Assembly (NCBI GenBank): GCA_024274995.1
Contig: JAJSAA010000179.1
Span: 1-48,932, forward strand
DNA: 48,932 nucleotides
Source of the DNA: Deltaproteobacteria bacterium
Lineage (GTDB): Bacteria > Desulfobacterota > Desulfobulbia > Desulfobulbales > VMSU01
Direction: 5' to 3'
A program made the translations under genes and the position numbers. Position 1 is the first letter of the stretch; the number at the start of each line of letters is the position of its first letter. Positions 29,828 through 39,270 of this stretch are shown piece after piece. A model generated the notes under the pieces. The model ran no database searches. It saw only the letters and a list, made by a program, of their open reading frames with translations, and had not been told where the DNA came from.

Positions 29828-30077
29828 TCTCGCCCTGTTAATTTAAGGGGATTTTTCTCCCGCTGGCATCAAAAAAATAAATTTTGAATTATAATCGTTT
29901 GCGAACACTCTCGCACTACCTACTTTATGCCCCATAATTATTTTTCACCTGTGTTGAAAGGTTCTTCTTAAGTCTTAATAATTTAGAATTAAACGATTTT
30001 TCTTAGTTCACGATTTTATCTTTGTTGAATTTATCACCAAAAAATAATATGATAAATCAATTATTTAGAATAACGAA

Positions 30078-30113
30078 TTTAGTAACTGTTTGGGTCTGAC
30101 TGTAAATTGCCCT
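30078..30113 (+). repeat. Degenerate fourth copy of the 123..178 repeat
   Basis: TTTAGTAACTGTTTGGGTCTGACTGTAAATTGCCCT versus TTTAGTAACTATTTAGGTGTGACTGTAAATTGCCCT. Confidence 0.75.
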
Positions 30114-30162
30114 CAACTCATTTTTAGAAAAACTTTGCCTGCCGCTATATTACAGAAGCCAT

Positions 30163-31527
30163 ATGCCGCCATCTAAATCTCATCAGCCTTCCCCTCTCAA
30201 GGTTCTTATTGTTGATGACGAATCCCTCATTCGTTGTGGGCTGGAAAAATTTGTCAAGAATGAAGGTTTCACCGCCTTCACCGCCGGTTCTGGTACCAAG
30301 GCTTTAAAGATTATAGAGGAGCAAGAACCGGATATCGTCCTCCTTGACATGAAGTTGCAGGATTCCATTGACGGTCTGGAAATCTTAAAGGTTATCAAAA
30401 ACTCACGGCCGGAGATTATAGTTATCATGATCAGCGGCCAGCGGGAGTTGTACAGCGCCGTTGCTGCCATGAAGCTGGGGGCCAGGGATTATCAGGAAAA
30501 GCCCATTGATTTTGACAAATTAAAGGAAACTCTCGATAATATCAGGGAAGAGATGTCCTCCACTGGCGGAGCGGAACCGGGGGAGTTGCAATGTGTCAGT
30601 GAAAAGATGAGAAAGGTCTTTGCTATCACCAAACGGCTGGCGGTGAAATCAGACCTCACCATCCTGATTCTTGGTGAATCAGGTACCGGGAAAAATTATC
30701 TCTGTCAGAAAATTCATGAGATGAGCAACCGCCGGGACTACCCCTACCTGCAGATCGGCTGCTCTAACATCCCCGACAATCTCATTGAGAGCGAGTTGTT
30801 TGGTTATGAAAAGGGGGCCTTTACCGATGCCAGAAACTCCAAAAAAGGGCTGATTGAGGCGGCTAATGGCGGCACCATACTCTTAGATGAACTGGGGGAT
30901 ATGCCCTATCAGTTTCAGTCAAAGATATTAAAGCTCCTCGAAGAAAAATCATTTCGCCCCATAGGTGCCATAGATGATATACCCGCCGATGTCCGTATCC
31001 TGGCCGCCACTAACCATGACCTTAATGCCCAGGTTCAGCATAAGGAATTCCGTTTAGATCTCTTTTACCGTTTGAACATTGCCACTATTGAACTTCCACC
31101 GTTACGGGAAAGGTTGGATGACATCCCGGTTTTGGCGGACTCCTTCTTAAAAACTTTCTGCCGGAAATATGATACCGGCGGCAAGACTATCGACGAGAAG
31201 GGGATGAAAATTCTCCAGAATCACCCTTGGCCCGGAAACGTCCGGCAGTTGAAAAATCTCGTGGAGAAGTTAGTTGTTCTTTCAGATAGCGAGATTATTG
31301 CCGTGGAGGACATCAAGGAAAATCTGGAGGGTGTCCTGGTTGAGGTTCCGGTTGGTAAGGGAGCGGAAGAAATGGGATTACCCGCCGATCTTTCTCTCGA
31401 GGCCATGGAGGAGCGTTTTATCCGTAAGGCCATGGATAAAAGCGGCGGTAATCAACGCAAGGCCGCGGATTTTTTAGGCCTTTCACGTGATGCCCTGCGT
31501 TACCGCCTCAAGAAGATGGGCCTGTAG
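30163..31527 (+). CDS. Sigma-54-dependent response regulator (NtrC/AtoC family)
   Basis: REC (IVDDE, LLDMK), Walker A GESGTGK, ESELFGYEKGAFTDA, WPGNVRQL, Fis-type HTH. Confidence 0.96.
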   Translation: MPPSKSHQPSPLKVLIVDDESLIRCGLEKFVKNEGFTAFTAGSGTKALKIIEEQEPDIVLLDMKLQDSIDGLEILKVIKNSRPEIIVIMISGQRELYSAVAAMKLGARDYQEKPIDFDKLKETLDNIREEMSSTGGAEPGELQCVSEKMRKVFAITKRLAVKSDLTILILGESGTGKNYLCQKIHEMSNRRDYPYLQIGCSNIPDNLIESELFGYEKGAFTDARNSKKGLIEAANGGTILLDELGDMPYQFQSKILKLLEEKSFRPIGAIDDIPADVRILAATNHDLNAQVQHKEFRLDLFYRLNIATIELPPLRERLDDIPVLADSFLKTFCRKYDTGGKTIDEKGMKILQNHPWPGNVRQLKNLVEKLVVLSDSEIIAVEDIKENLEGVLVEVPVGKGAEEMGLPADLSLEAMEERFIRKAMDKSGGNQRKAADFLGLSRDALRYRLKKMGL

Positions 31528-31633
31528 CCCGCCCTGATCTTTTCAACTCTGTATTTTCTTTATCACTACAGTCCTGCATCCGTGCCATTGTCTGCCTTGG
31601 GCGAATAATTTGAGCGATAAGTCATTAAGTTTT

Positions 31634-33445
31634 TTATGGGTAGGTCGCATCCCTATGATGGTGATTATGACAGAGCAGGGTGCATGAGCCGCTGAATTTA
31701 CCAAGGTCTTTGTATATGGGAGTTGTGTAGCCAGGCATTGGACTCACCACATTTCTGTCAAAGTTAATCAGGTGGGTGTGGTCGCCTGAAACGCCATCGT
31801 CCACCACGCCGTGCGGATCGTGGCAGTCTGAGCAGGTGGCCTTGATCATCCTTCCGAGATGACCGCTATGTCCCCCCCGCATTCCGCCACCACCACCGCC
31901 ACCACCACCACCACCACCGCTTTTTTGAAAACTGACGTCGGACAGAATACTTGTTCGGTCGTGGCAGCGATAGCAAAGGGCGTAAACGGCATAGCTTTCC
32001 CGCGTATAGTCCAGAGTCTCATAGCGCTCCCGCAGCAGGTGGGGGTAAATAGAGCCATGCGGCCCTCTGGGCCCCGTACCCCCTATGCGGGGGGTCTCGT
32101 CACTATCGTGACAATCCGTGCAATATATTCTTGAACTGGCGTTCATGGTTTGATCCAGTGAGGTTGAACTCGGCAGGCTGGGGACATTGGGGTTAACGCC
32201 GATTCCCATTACCGGGTGAAAGGATGGGTTAGTCACCGCCATATCAAGACGACGATTGGTAATGGTGGGGTTGGTTTGAGGGCTGTAGCGGCTGACCGCT
32301 GCGGTAATGCTGGTTGTGTCACCATGGCATTTAAGACAGATCTGATACTCGTAGACCGCCGGGGTTACTGCCGCCCCCAATTTATCCACTCCTGAAACAT
32401 TCTGGATTATACCGCTGACAAAAGGGGCTTTGGCCGTAATCGAAGGGTTTACTGTGTGGGGATTGTGACAGTCCTGACATTCTACATGACCGGTAACCTG
32501 GGTCGGATTTTCCGTGGGGTCATGCGGGGTGCCGCTTGGATCACCGATGGCTGCCATTTCCACCGGGTGATGTGAGATTTTGGCAAATTGAGCCGCAATA
32601 TTTTTGGCTCCCAGATTACCGTTATGACAGGCATAGATACAATTTTTTTCCTCTTTGCGATATTTTAGCAAACGTTGGGGGCCGCCGGCATTATGGGGGG
32701 TATGACAATTCTCACAGCCATTGTCCGCCACGGTATTGCGGGCGTGCGATCCGAGACGGGCGTTAATCGGCCAAGGATTAACGCCTGCGCCGTTCCAGGT
32801 ATTGGTGACCGTGGCATGAGCCGAAGTGGTCCAACCCGTTCTGCCATGGCATTTAAGACATAGAGCTGCCTTGTTATTATCCACCGCGAGGAACATGCCA
32901 AAGGTGTTGTCGTGGGGATCATGACAGGTGGTACACTGAATCACATCCCCATTCTCAAACTGGAGGTCGGTTGGCCTGGGTTTCAACTGAGGGTTCTGGG
33001 CCAGGCCTTCGGAATAGGGGAAGGAAAAGGGATGATCGTCTCGCAGATCCGTACCCAAGAGCGAAGGACGGCCGGTAAGTTCCATATTCATACTTATGCC
33101 GCCGGTCACACTTTTTACCTGTCCCAGGGCAATGGTGCCGTCATGGCAGGAGAGGCAAAGCCGTGATGAGCCAGTGGGCTGGGACAGATTGACATTGAAG
33201 GTGGTGCTGTTGTAAGTCTGGTAATTAACCCCATGGGTGATTACCCGGTTCCAAAGCGGCGTATTGGGGGTGGCGTTATGAGGGGTATGGCAGAAGATAC
33301 AGATTCGGGTCTCGGTTAAGGCGTGGATTGGCCCCGGCCCGGTTACCGATAGATTGTGCTTGGTATTCAGGATGCCGCTGGTACCGGCGTAGGCTGCTAC
33401 AGGTAATAACAGGGCGCATACCAAAAAACTAATAAACCATTTCAT
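31634..33445 (-). CDS. Exported multiheme cytochrome c (10 CxxCH + 2 CxxxCH) with N-terminal OmcE-like tetraheme module
   Basis: Signal peptide ending AYA; heme motifs counted in the translation; N-terminal third aligns motif by motif with 41246..42049. Confidence 0.93.
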   Translation of the reverse strand: MKWFISFLVCALLLPVAAYAGTSGILNTKHNLSVTGPGPIHALTETRICIFCHTPHNATPNTPLWNRVITHGVNYQTYNSTTFNVNLSQPTGSSRLCLSCHDGTIALGQVKSVTGGISMNMELTGRPSLLGTDLRDDHPFSFPYSEGLAQNPQLKPRPTDLQFENGDVIQCTTCHDPHDNTFGMFLAVDNNKAALCLKCHGRTGWTTSAHATVTNTWNGAGVNPWPINARLGSHARNTVADNGCENCHTPHNAGGPQRLLKYRKEEKNCIYACHNGNLGAKNIAAQFAKISHHPVEMAAIGDPSGTPHDPTENPTQVTGHVECQDCHNPHTVNPSITAKAPFVSGIIQNVSGVDKLGAAVTPAVYEYQICLKCHGDTTSITAAVSRYSPQTNPTITNRRLDMAVTNPSFHPVMGIGVNPNVPSLPSSTSLDQTMNASSRIYCTDCHDSDETPRIGGTGPRGPHGSIYPHLLRERYETLDYTRESYAVYALCYRCHDRTSILSDVSFQKSGGGGGGGGGGGGMRGGHSGHLGRMIKATCSDCHDPHGVVDDGVSGDHTHLINFDRNVVSPMPGYTTPIYKDLGKFSGSCTLLCHNHHHRDATYP

Positions 33446-33463
33446 CGTTGTCTCCTCGGCAGC

Positions 33464-34483
33464 TTAATCATGCAGAGTATAAATCTGGATTCTTTTGTTG
33501 TAGGTATCACAGACATATAATTTTTGGGTTTTATGATCAATAAATATCCCCGATGGCAGCCAGAATTCACCAGGCCCGGTGCCGCGGCCGCCGAAGGACA
33601 GCAAATACTCGCCGCGTATATCAAAAAGCTGCACCCGGTCAAACAGGGTATCAACCACATAAATCACCCCTTTACGGTCTACGGCAATCCCCTTGGACAT
33701 AGCAAAATCCCCCGAGCCATTGCCGTGATGGCCGAAGACTGCCAGAACCTCATTCCGGGGAGAAAACACCTGCACTCTAAAATTCATGGCATCATTAACA
33801 TATATCCGCCCCTTGGCATCAGAGGCTATATGAGTGGGGAAATTGAATTCTCCCGGTTCCTTGCCCCGTTCCCCGATATGGCCCTGATAATTACCCTGAT
33901 TGTCAAATATTTCCAGACGATGAGCCGTGGTGTCGGCAACGTAGAGAAGATTATTGTCCGGCCTGATGGTAAGCCCGGTCGGCCGCTTCAGGGTAGTGTT
34001 GCCAACGGTAGAAATTCCCTGAACGAAATCGCCCTGCTGGTCAAAGACAAAAACCTGCCGCCGGGTAGAATCAGAGACATAGAGCCGCAAATCAGGGCCA
34101 AAAACAACACTTACCGGCGATTTCAGCCTCAATTTACCTGCATGAGTCAGGAGCATATAACGCTGCTCAGAGGGGATATAGAGGTGTACTCCGGTGAGAG
34201 CGGCATCGGCAATGGCCAGGCGGCCGTCGCTGCCCACAGCCACGGCTACCGGCTTGATGATCCGGCCGCTATCCCCGCGGCCGAATATCCTGGTAAACAT
34301 AGATTCGCCGGTGGGTTTAAAGGCCGAAAGTGTTCCGTCATAGACAATTTTTACCGGGCTGGGCGGCGGCGGCCATTGTAATTTGGCCGGGGAATTTAAT
34401 TGATAGCCCCATTTTACCGGGGCACAGGCGGTAAGAAAAAGGGCCGCCAATATAAAAACAATATAGGCAAGTAGATTTTTCAT
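33464..34483 (-). CDS. NHL-repeat beta-propeller lipoprotein
   Basis: Lipobox LTAC; repeats GEFNFPTHIA...IYVND..NFRVQVF, GEFWLPSGI...YNKRIQ. Confidence 0.92.
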   Translation of the reverse strand: MKNLLAYIVFILAALFLTACAPVKWGYQLNSPAKLQWPPPPSPVKIVYDGTLSAFKPTGESMFTRIFGRGDSGRIIKPVAVAVGSDGRLAIADAALTGVHLYIPSEQRYMLLTHAGKLRLKSPVSVVFGPDLRLYVSDSTRRQVFVFDQQGDFVQGISTVGNTTLKRPTGLTIRPDNNLLYVADTTAHRLEIFDNQGNYQGHIGERGKEPGEFNFPTHIASDAKGRIYVNDAMNFRVQVFSPRNEVLAVFGHHGNGSGDFAMSKGIAVDRKGVIYVVDTLFDRVQLFDIRGEYLLSFGGRGTGPGEFWLPSGIFIDHKTQKLYVCDTYNKRIQIYTLHD

Positions 34484-35493
34484 GGTTTCAGATCCACAAA
34501 TTCTATTTTAGCCCCTTTGGGCAATTGCTTACGCCAGGCGGCAAGCAGAGCCTGCTTTTTGCGGCTCATGATCTCATTTTTCAGATAGACCCTTACCATT
34601 TTGAAGGTCTTATTCCGGGCTGGTTGATAGCCGGTCAGCTGGACGAGATAAAAATTACCGTTCATTTCAACCGGCCTGGAGATCTCATATTTCCCCAACT
34701 TTTTAGCGACTTCGTAGAGCTTTTTGTCGGCCTTCTTGTTCAAATGAATGTTTTTCTGCACCACAAAGGTGCCATTGACCTGTAATTTTCCCGGATTATT
34801 GTTATACTTCTTGATAATCTCGGTTCTTACCTTCAAAATTTGCCGCATGGTACGCGGGTCATTGGGATCACCAAAAAAAAGAATTTTGTTTACCTGAACA
34901 TTCTCCGGGGCATGAAAATAAGCCTGTCCCTGGTTGTAAGCAGCCTTGAGATCTTTTTCGGTTATTTTGATTTCAGGGTCTATGTTTTTATGGATATAAC
35001 CCCGCACCGTTAACATACGGCGGATCTGTTCTTCAAAGGCGGCTCGATTCTTCATACCATTAGTCCGCAGATATCTCTGCAGACCTTTATTGCCCCCCAT
35101 GGTCTTAATTTGAGCTTTGGTGACTTTTTTGACCTCGGCGGTACTGATCCTGATACTTTTGGCCGCCTTTTGATAGGCCAGTTCCTCCATAATCAGCTGT
35201 TTAAGAGATTCGTCCTTAATCTTCTGAGCCAGAAACGGGGTGATCTCACGCCGTCCGTATCGTTCCATGGTCAAATCATATATTCTGTTCATTAATTGAG
35301 CCATGTTGATCTTCGCCCCATTTACCCGCGCCACAACTATGGAAGCGGCATCACTGTGCCCCATAACCTTGTCGGGAGGTGAGGCGGCAGCTTTGGCAGC
35401 CACAGCCGCTTGATTGCCGGAGAGTAATACCGCTGCCGTTATCAGGATGACGGCCCCGAGATAAAGCCAGTATTTTGCCATTTTGTGTATCAT
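34480..35493 (-). CDS. SurA/PpiC-type periplasmic chaperone (parvulin-like)
   Basis: Signal peptide; VVARVNG..I, LKQLIMEELAYQKA, ISRPVEMNGNFYLVQL, L..W...L..GAKIE. Confidence 0.85.
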   Translation of the reverse strand: MIHKMAKYWLYLGAVILITAAVLLSGNQAAVAAKAAASPPDKVMGHSDAASIVVARVNGAKINMAQLMNRIYDLTMERYGRREITPFLAQKIKDESLKQLIMEELAYQKAAKSIRISTAEVKKVTKAQIKTMGGNKGLQRYLRTNGMKNRAAFEEQIRRMLTVRGYIHKNIDPEIKITEKDLKAAYNQGQAYFHAPENVQVNKILFFGDPNDPRTMRQILKVRTEIIKKYNNNPGKLQVNGTFVVQKNIHLNKKADKKLYEVAKKLGKYEISRPVEMNGNFYLVQLTGYQPARNKTFKMVRVYLKNEIMSRKKQALLAAWRKQLPKGAKIEFVDLKP

Positions 35494-35515
35494 TGTATTC
35501 CCCTTTATTCCAGCT

Positions 35516-37903
35516 CTAAAACAAAACCCGTTTTATCTTTAAAAATATCTTTGAATCCGTATCTACCTTCTGGTTTACTTGGTCGCTTGCCCCCACCTAT
35601 CCACGTTGGTCATTGATGGAATAATTACCATTGAGACTGACGGTGGTCGCGCCAAATATCCAGTTGCGTTCGGCATCGAATATATAATATAGATTTTTGG
35701 TATTAATACCATTAGTTAAATTTTTGCTCAGACTGTATCTGCCCTGTACGGAGGCAGTACATTTTATATAGGGAATAACCCCATATAGTTTAAGACTGTT
35801 GGAGTAGGTATCGGTATCATCCTTTTCATAGTTTATATTCTGCCACAGGCCCTTATCGTCAAATTGGTACTCCGAAGCATTACCGCGCCGACTGACCAGA
35901 GAGGTACTGAGATTGTAATGAATACCGGTCAGCGGCACCGGCCCGGAGAATGAGATGCCGGTATTGAAGTGCCATTCAACATCGTGCTTGCTCTCGGCGC
36001 TGGAATCCGCACCGTGCGCGTCATCTCTTTTGTAAATAACCCACCAGCCAGCAGACAAATAGTTAGTTATCTTACGCCCATCGTTATAGGCGGTTTCCAG
36101 GTGCCAGCGTCGGTCATAAAAATCTTTGCCGTCTAACCATGTATAGGCATTCTCAATCTTAAAGGGCTTTTCAGTCCATACCAGATTAATATAATCACGA
36201 GTAACCTGTGGTTGCAAGACTTCAAAGCCGGAATTACCGTTAAGAAATTTTTCTTTGGTCAGAGAATATTCATAGGCGGAAGAAAGACGATTGTCTAACA
36301 GGCTCAAATTGACACTAAAGGTAATGGTATTAGAAGATATAGTATAATCTTCCCCTGCTGGCAGGGAATAGCTTGTCCTGACATCATAGGTACTGGTACT
36401 TGTTGTCGGTAGACCGGTAATGTTAAGCGCCAGGTAGGATGCGCCTGGATTAGAAATATTCCATTGACTGCCCTGGGACAAATTCACCCATAATTCATTA
36501 TCAATAGTCTTGGAGCAGGTATTCTGCTCATAACAGTCACAAGTATAATGTTTACCGCCCGTGTCGGTATCGCTATGATTAATATCGCAGACCGCCACGG
36601 TTATGGTAGCAGGGTCAGCATTAGATTGTTTAATGGTAAATGGTCCGGCTGGCAACGATGTTGAGGTAACATTACGAGCTATTACTTCAGTGTAAGACGG
36701 AGTTCCCTGCTGACCGGTAATCAACAGGTTGTTGGAAGTGCTGGCCGTCAGATAACCGCCGAAAAGCCGCTTGCGATAATCAACGGATAAATTATAATTT
36801 TGAGTTTTGGTTCTGTCGCTTTCTGAATTTTTATTCCTCCAGCCGATCTTAAGCTGGGTAAAAAGGCTTTCATAGAGGCGATGATTAAGCTTGGCCTTGA
36901 GGTACTCATCCTCGCTATAAGTGGACAGCCAGTCTCGGGTCTGGTCTAAATCCCGGCTGGACTCATCCTGGCGATCAACACTCATTTCTATTTTTGAACT
37001 CAGATTCCAGGGCAGATGAATTTTTATGTCCTGGATGAATGACTTATGAGCGGAGATACTTCTGGGCAGCGTCTCACCGCTGATTAGATCATCATCGGTA
37101 TGAGAGGTCGTGTAATTACCGGAGCTTAAAAAATCAAAATTTTTATAGGTCAAGGTACCGGAGAGCCGCAAAAAATCATCCACGCTGGAGTTGTCTCCGG
37201 TGAGTGAAGATACCGGTTTCTGATCGGTTTTGTTTTTTTGGAGCCGATGGGAGGCGGCGCCATTCACCGAATAACCCTTGCCCTTGTAGGAGGAGCTTAT
37301 ATTGAAGGTGTCATTCATTGCCCAGCGTTTGACCATGTTAGTGATACCACTGTCACCTTCCGAGGCAGATTTATAATGGCTATAACCCAAACGGGCGGTG
37401 AGGGGGGTTTGGTGGTAGTTAAGGGCGCTGTCCCCCTGGAAGATGGTCTCGCGGGCATTGCTGTCGCCATAACCAGAGTTGATAAACGGGCGGCTTTCGG
37501 CAATATGGAAATCCAGGTTGAGATGTTTTCTTCTTAAGACCTGACCCGCCAGATCAAAAGTAATCCCATCGCCTTTATTTACCCGCCAGCCTTCATCCTG
37601 CTCATTTTTGTAGGTATTCCGATCCGTCTCACTGGCAAGGGTCAAGGTGAAAATTAGTAGATTTGGGTTATAGATATAGCCTAGGCTGGAATAATCCAAG
37701 GTGGCTCTGATCTCTTTATTGCGGCTCAGGGTTTCTTTATTCTGAGTCTTATCTTTTGAGGCATGGGAGATGAAACGGTAATCATAACTCAAGGCACCGG
37801 TGGAATACCAGATGGTGGGCACAAGCTGCCGCCATGCGGCACGGGCCGTGGCGCATGGCAGCAGTAATGCCAGAGCCAGATATCTGAACCATAAGGGAGT
37901 CAC
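35516..37903 (-). CDS. Outer-membrane beta-barrel-like protein with in-frame TAG at 35597-35599
   Basis: Signal peptide; S/T/Y/N-rich alternating strands; the frame continues past TAG for 26 codons to KIFLKIKRVLF-stop, 22 bp before the next gene. Confidence 0.75.
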
Positions 37904-37918
37904 TGTTTTACTGAAAAA

Positions 37919-39085
37919 TTATTCAGCCGCCTTGCCTTTACGCCTAAGTTCTCTCATGTATTTATCCAATAATTCCTGGTCTGAGGGATATGTTTTGCCC
38001 ACCATTCTGCCAAAGCCATAGACATTGATAGAGCTATAGGGATGGAACTGATTGGCAACGATAATCAGGTATTGAATTTTAAAGCCGGGAGCGGCATATT
38101 GCTTGAAATAATCAACGCTGTCATAATTAATTGCTACCCCGGCCGGCAGGTTCATCGAGCCGGGTTTGTCTAACGGCAGGTTGCCGAAGGCGGTCAGTAC
38201 CTGACCGTTGGTGGCAAACACCTGTACGTTGTTAAAGGCGGCATCGGCCACATATATCCGTCCGTCATGATCAATGGCAATGCCCTTGGGGCGGCCGAAA
38301 TGGCCAAAGCTGCTGCCGGCGCTACCAAGCGACCCCCTGTAATGACCGTCACGGTCATATTTCACCACCTGGAAACGACCCATATCCACCACATACATAT
38401 AGCCTTCCGGGTCAAAGGCAATATCCACCGGGATACGTAACTTGGTATTCTCTTCTCCTGAATTGCCAATACTGTCAACCAGGCTGCCGCTTTTTATGTC
38501 AAAAACCTGTACCCGGCCCTTGTTGTGAGTGCCGTCAACTACAAAAAGATTAGTGCCATATACCGCGACCGCCACCGGCTTCCAGGCATCGGGATTGGAA
38601 TAGCTCTTGACAAAAAAGTCGCGCTTGTCATATTTGAGCACCTGAGAACGAACGGGGTCGGCAACGTATTTATTCCCCTCTTTATCAAGGGCTATATTCA
38701 GAGGTTCCACCAGTTTCCCCATGCCCTGTGCTCCGGCGAGGGGGGCAAATTTCTGCTTGGCAAAATTAAGGGTGAAAACGGTGTTCATGGAGTCACAGAC
38801 GTAGAGGACGCCCTTTTGCATTTCCACCCCGTAAGGCTTTTTGAAGACAAAACCCCTGCGGCCCCGCACCCCGATAAAGGCGGCCAGGCCGCTGGCTTTT
38901 TTGGCAAAATCAGCCGAGCCGTTAAAGGAACGCAGGAATTGATAACGCGGCAAAGACGGGGCGGGCGGGAAAAAAGTAGGGGGCTGTTTCTTCTGGGGTG
39001 CGGCTGAGGGCATGCAGCCAGATAGAGCAAAAAGACTGAGAAGAAGCCAGGCCAATAATATATTACGGGCATCCTTTCTAAGCAT
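37919..39085 (-). CDS. NHL-repeat beta-propeller lipoprotein
   Basis: Lipobox LSGC; FFPPAP.LPR.QFL; GHFGRPKGIAIDHDGRIYVADAAFNNVQVF; AAGGAG SD. Confidence 0.92.
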   Translation of the reverse strand: MLRKDARNILLAWLLLSLFALSGCMPSAAPQKKQPPTFFPPAPSLPRYQFLRSFNGSADFAKKASGLAAFIGVRGRRGFVFKKPYGVEMQKGVLYVCDSMNTVFTLNFAKQKFAPLAGAQGMGKLVEPLNIALDKEGNKYVADPVRSQVLKYDKRDFFVKSYSNPDAWKPVAVAVYGTNLFVVDGTHNKGRVQVFDIKSGSLVDSIGNSGEENTKLRIPVDIAFDPEGYMYVVDMGRFQVVKYDRDGHYRGSLGSAGSSFGHFGRPKGIAIDHDGRIYVADAAFNNVQVFATNGQVLTAFGNLPLDKPGSMNLPAGVAINYDSVDYFKQYAAPGFKIQYLIIVANQFHPYSSINVYGFGRMVGKTYPSDQELLDKYMRELRRKGKAAE

Positions 39086-39174
39086 CGGTTAAACTCCTTA
39101 ACTATGAGTTAAATGGATTAAAAGCAGAGGTACGCCGCACGTACCAATAACCGCCGAGTATCACAAATTTAATA

Positions 39175-39202
39175 AGTATAACGTAATCCCGGTCATTTGC
39201 AA
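39175..39202 (-). promoter_or_regulatory. Sigma-70-like promoter of the NHL/barrel operon
   Basis: TTGCAA-16 bp-TATACT about 90 bp upstream of the start codon. Confidence 0.45.
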
Positions 39203-39270
39203 AGCCGTTTTGTCAACGGTAATCGCGCTTTATTCAAAGTTGTTTGAGCCGTGTTTTAAGCCTTGAGAAG

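Noticed and set aside
31883-31918. Phase-variable ON/OFF switch at the GGT repeat
   Set aside because: A trinucleotide unit preserves the reading frame.
33524-34381. 285-aa plus-strand ORF
   Set aside because: Antisense shadow of the NHL lipoprotein; the same applies to the other short overlapping ORFs in the track.
35597-35599. Genome-wide TAG reassignment or a firm pyrrolysine call
   Set aside because: TAG ends ihfB, the sigma-54 regulator, the first GT41 gene, the MORN gene and the barrel extension itself; no pyl genes in the window.
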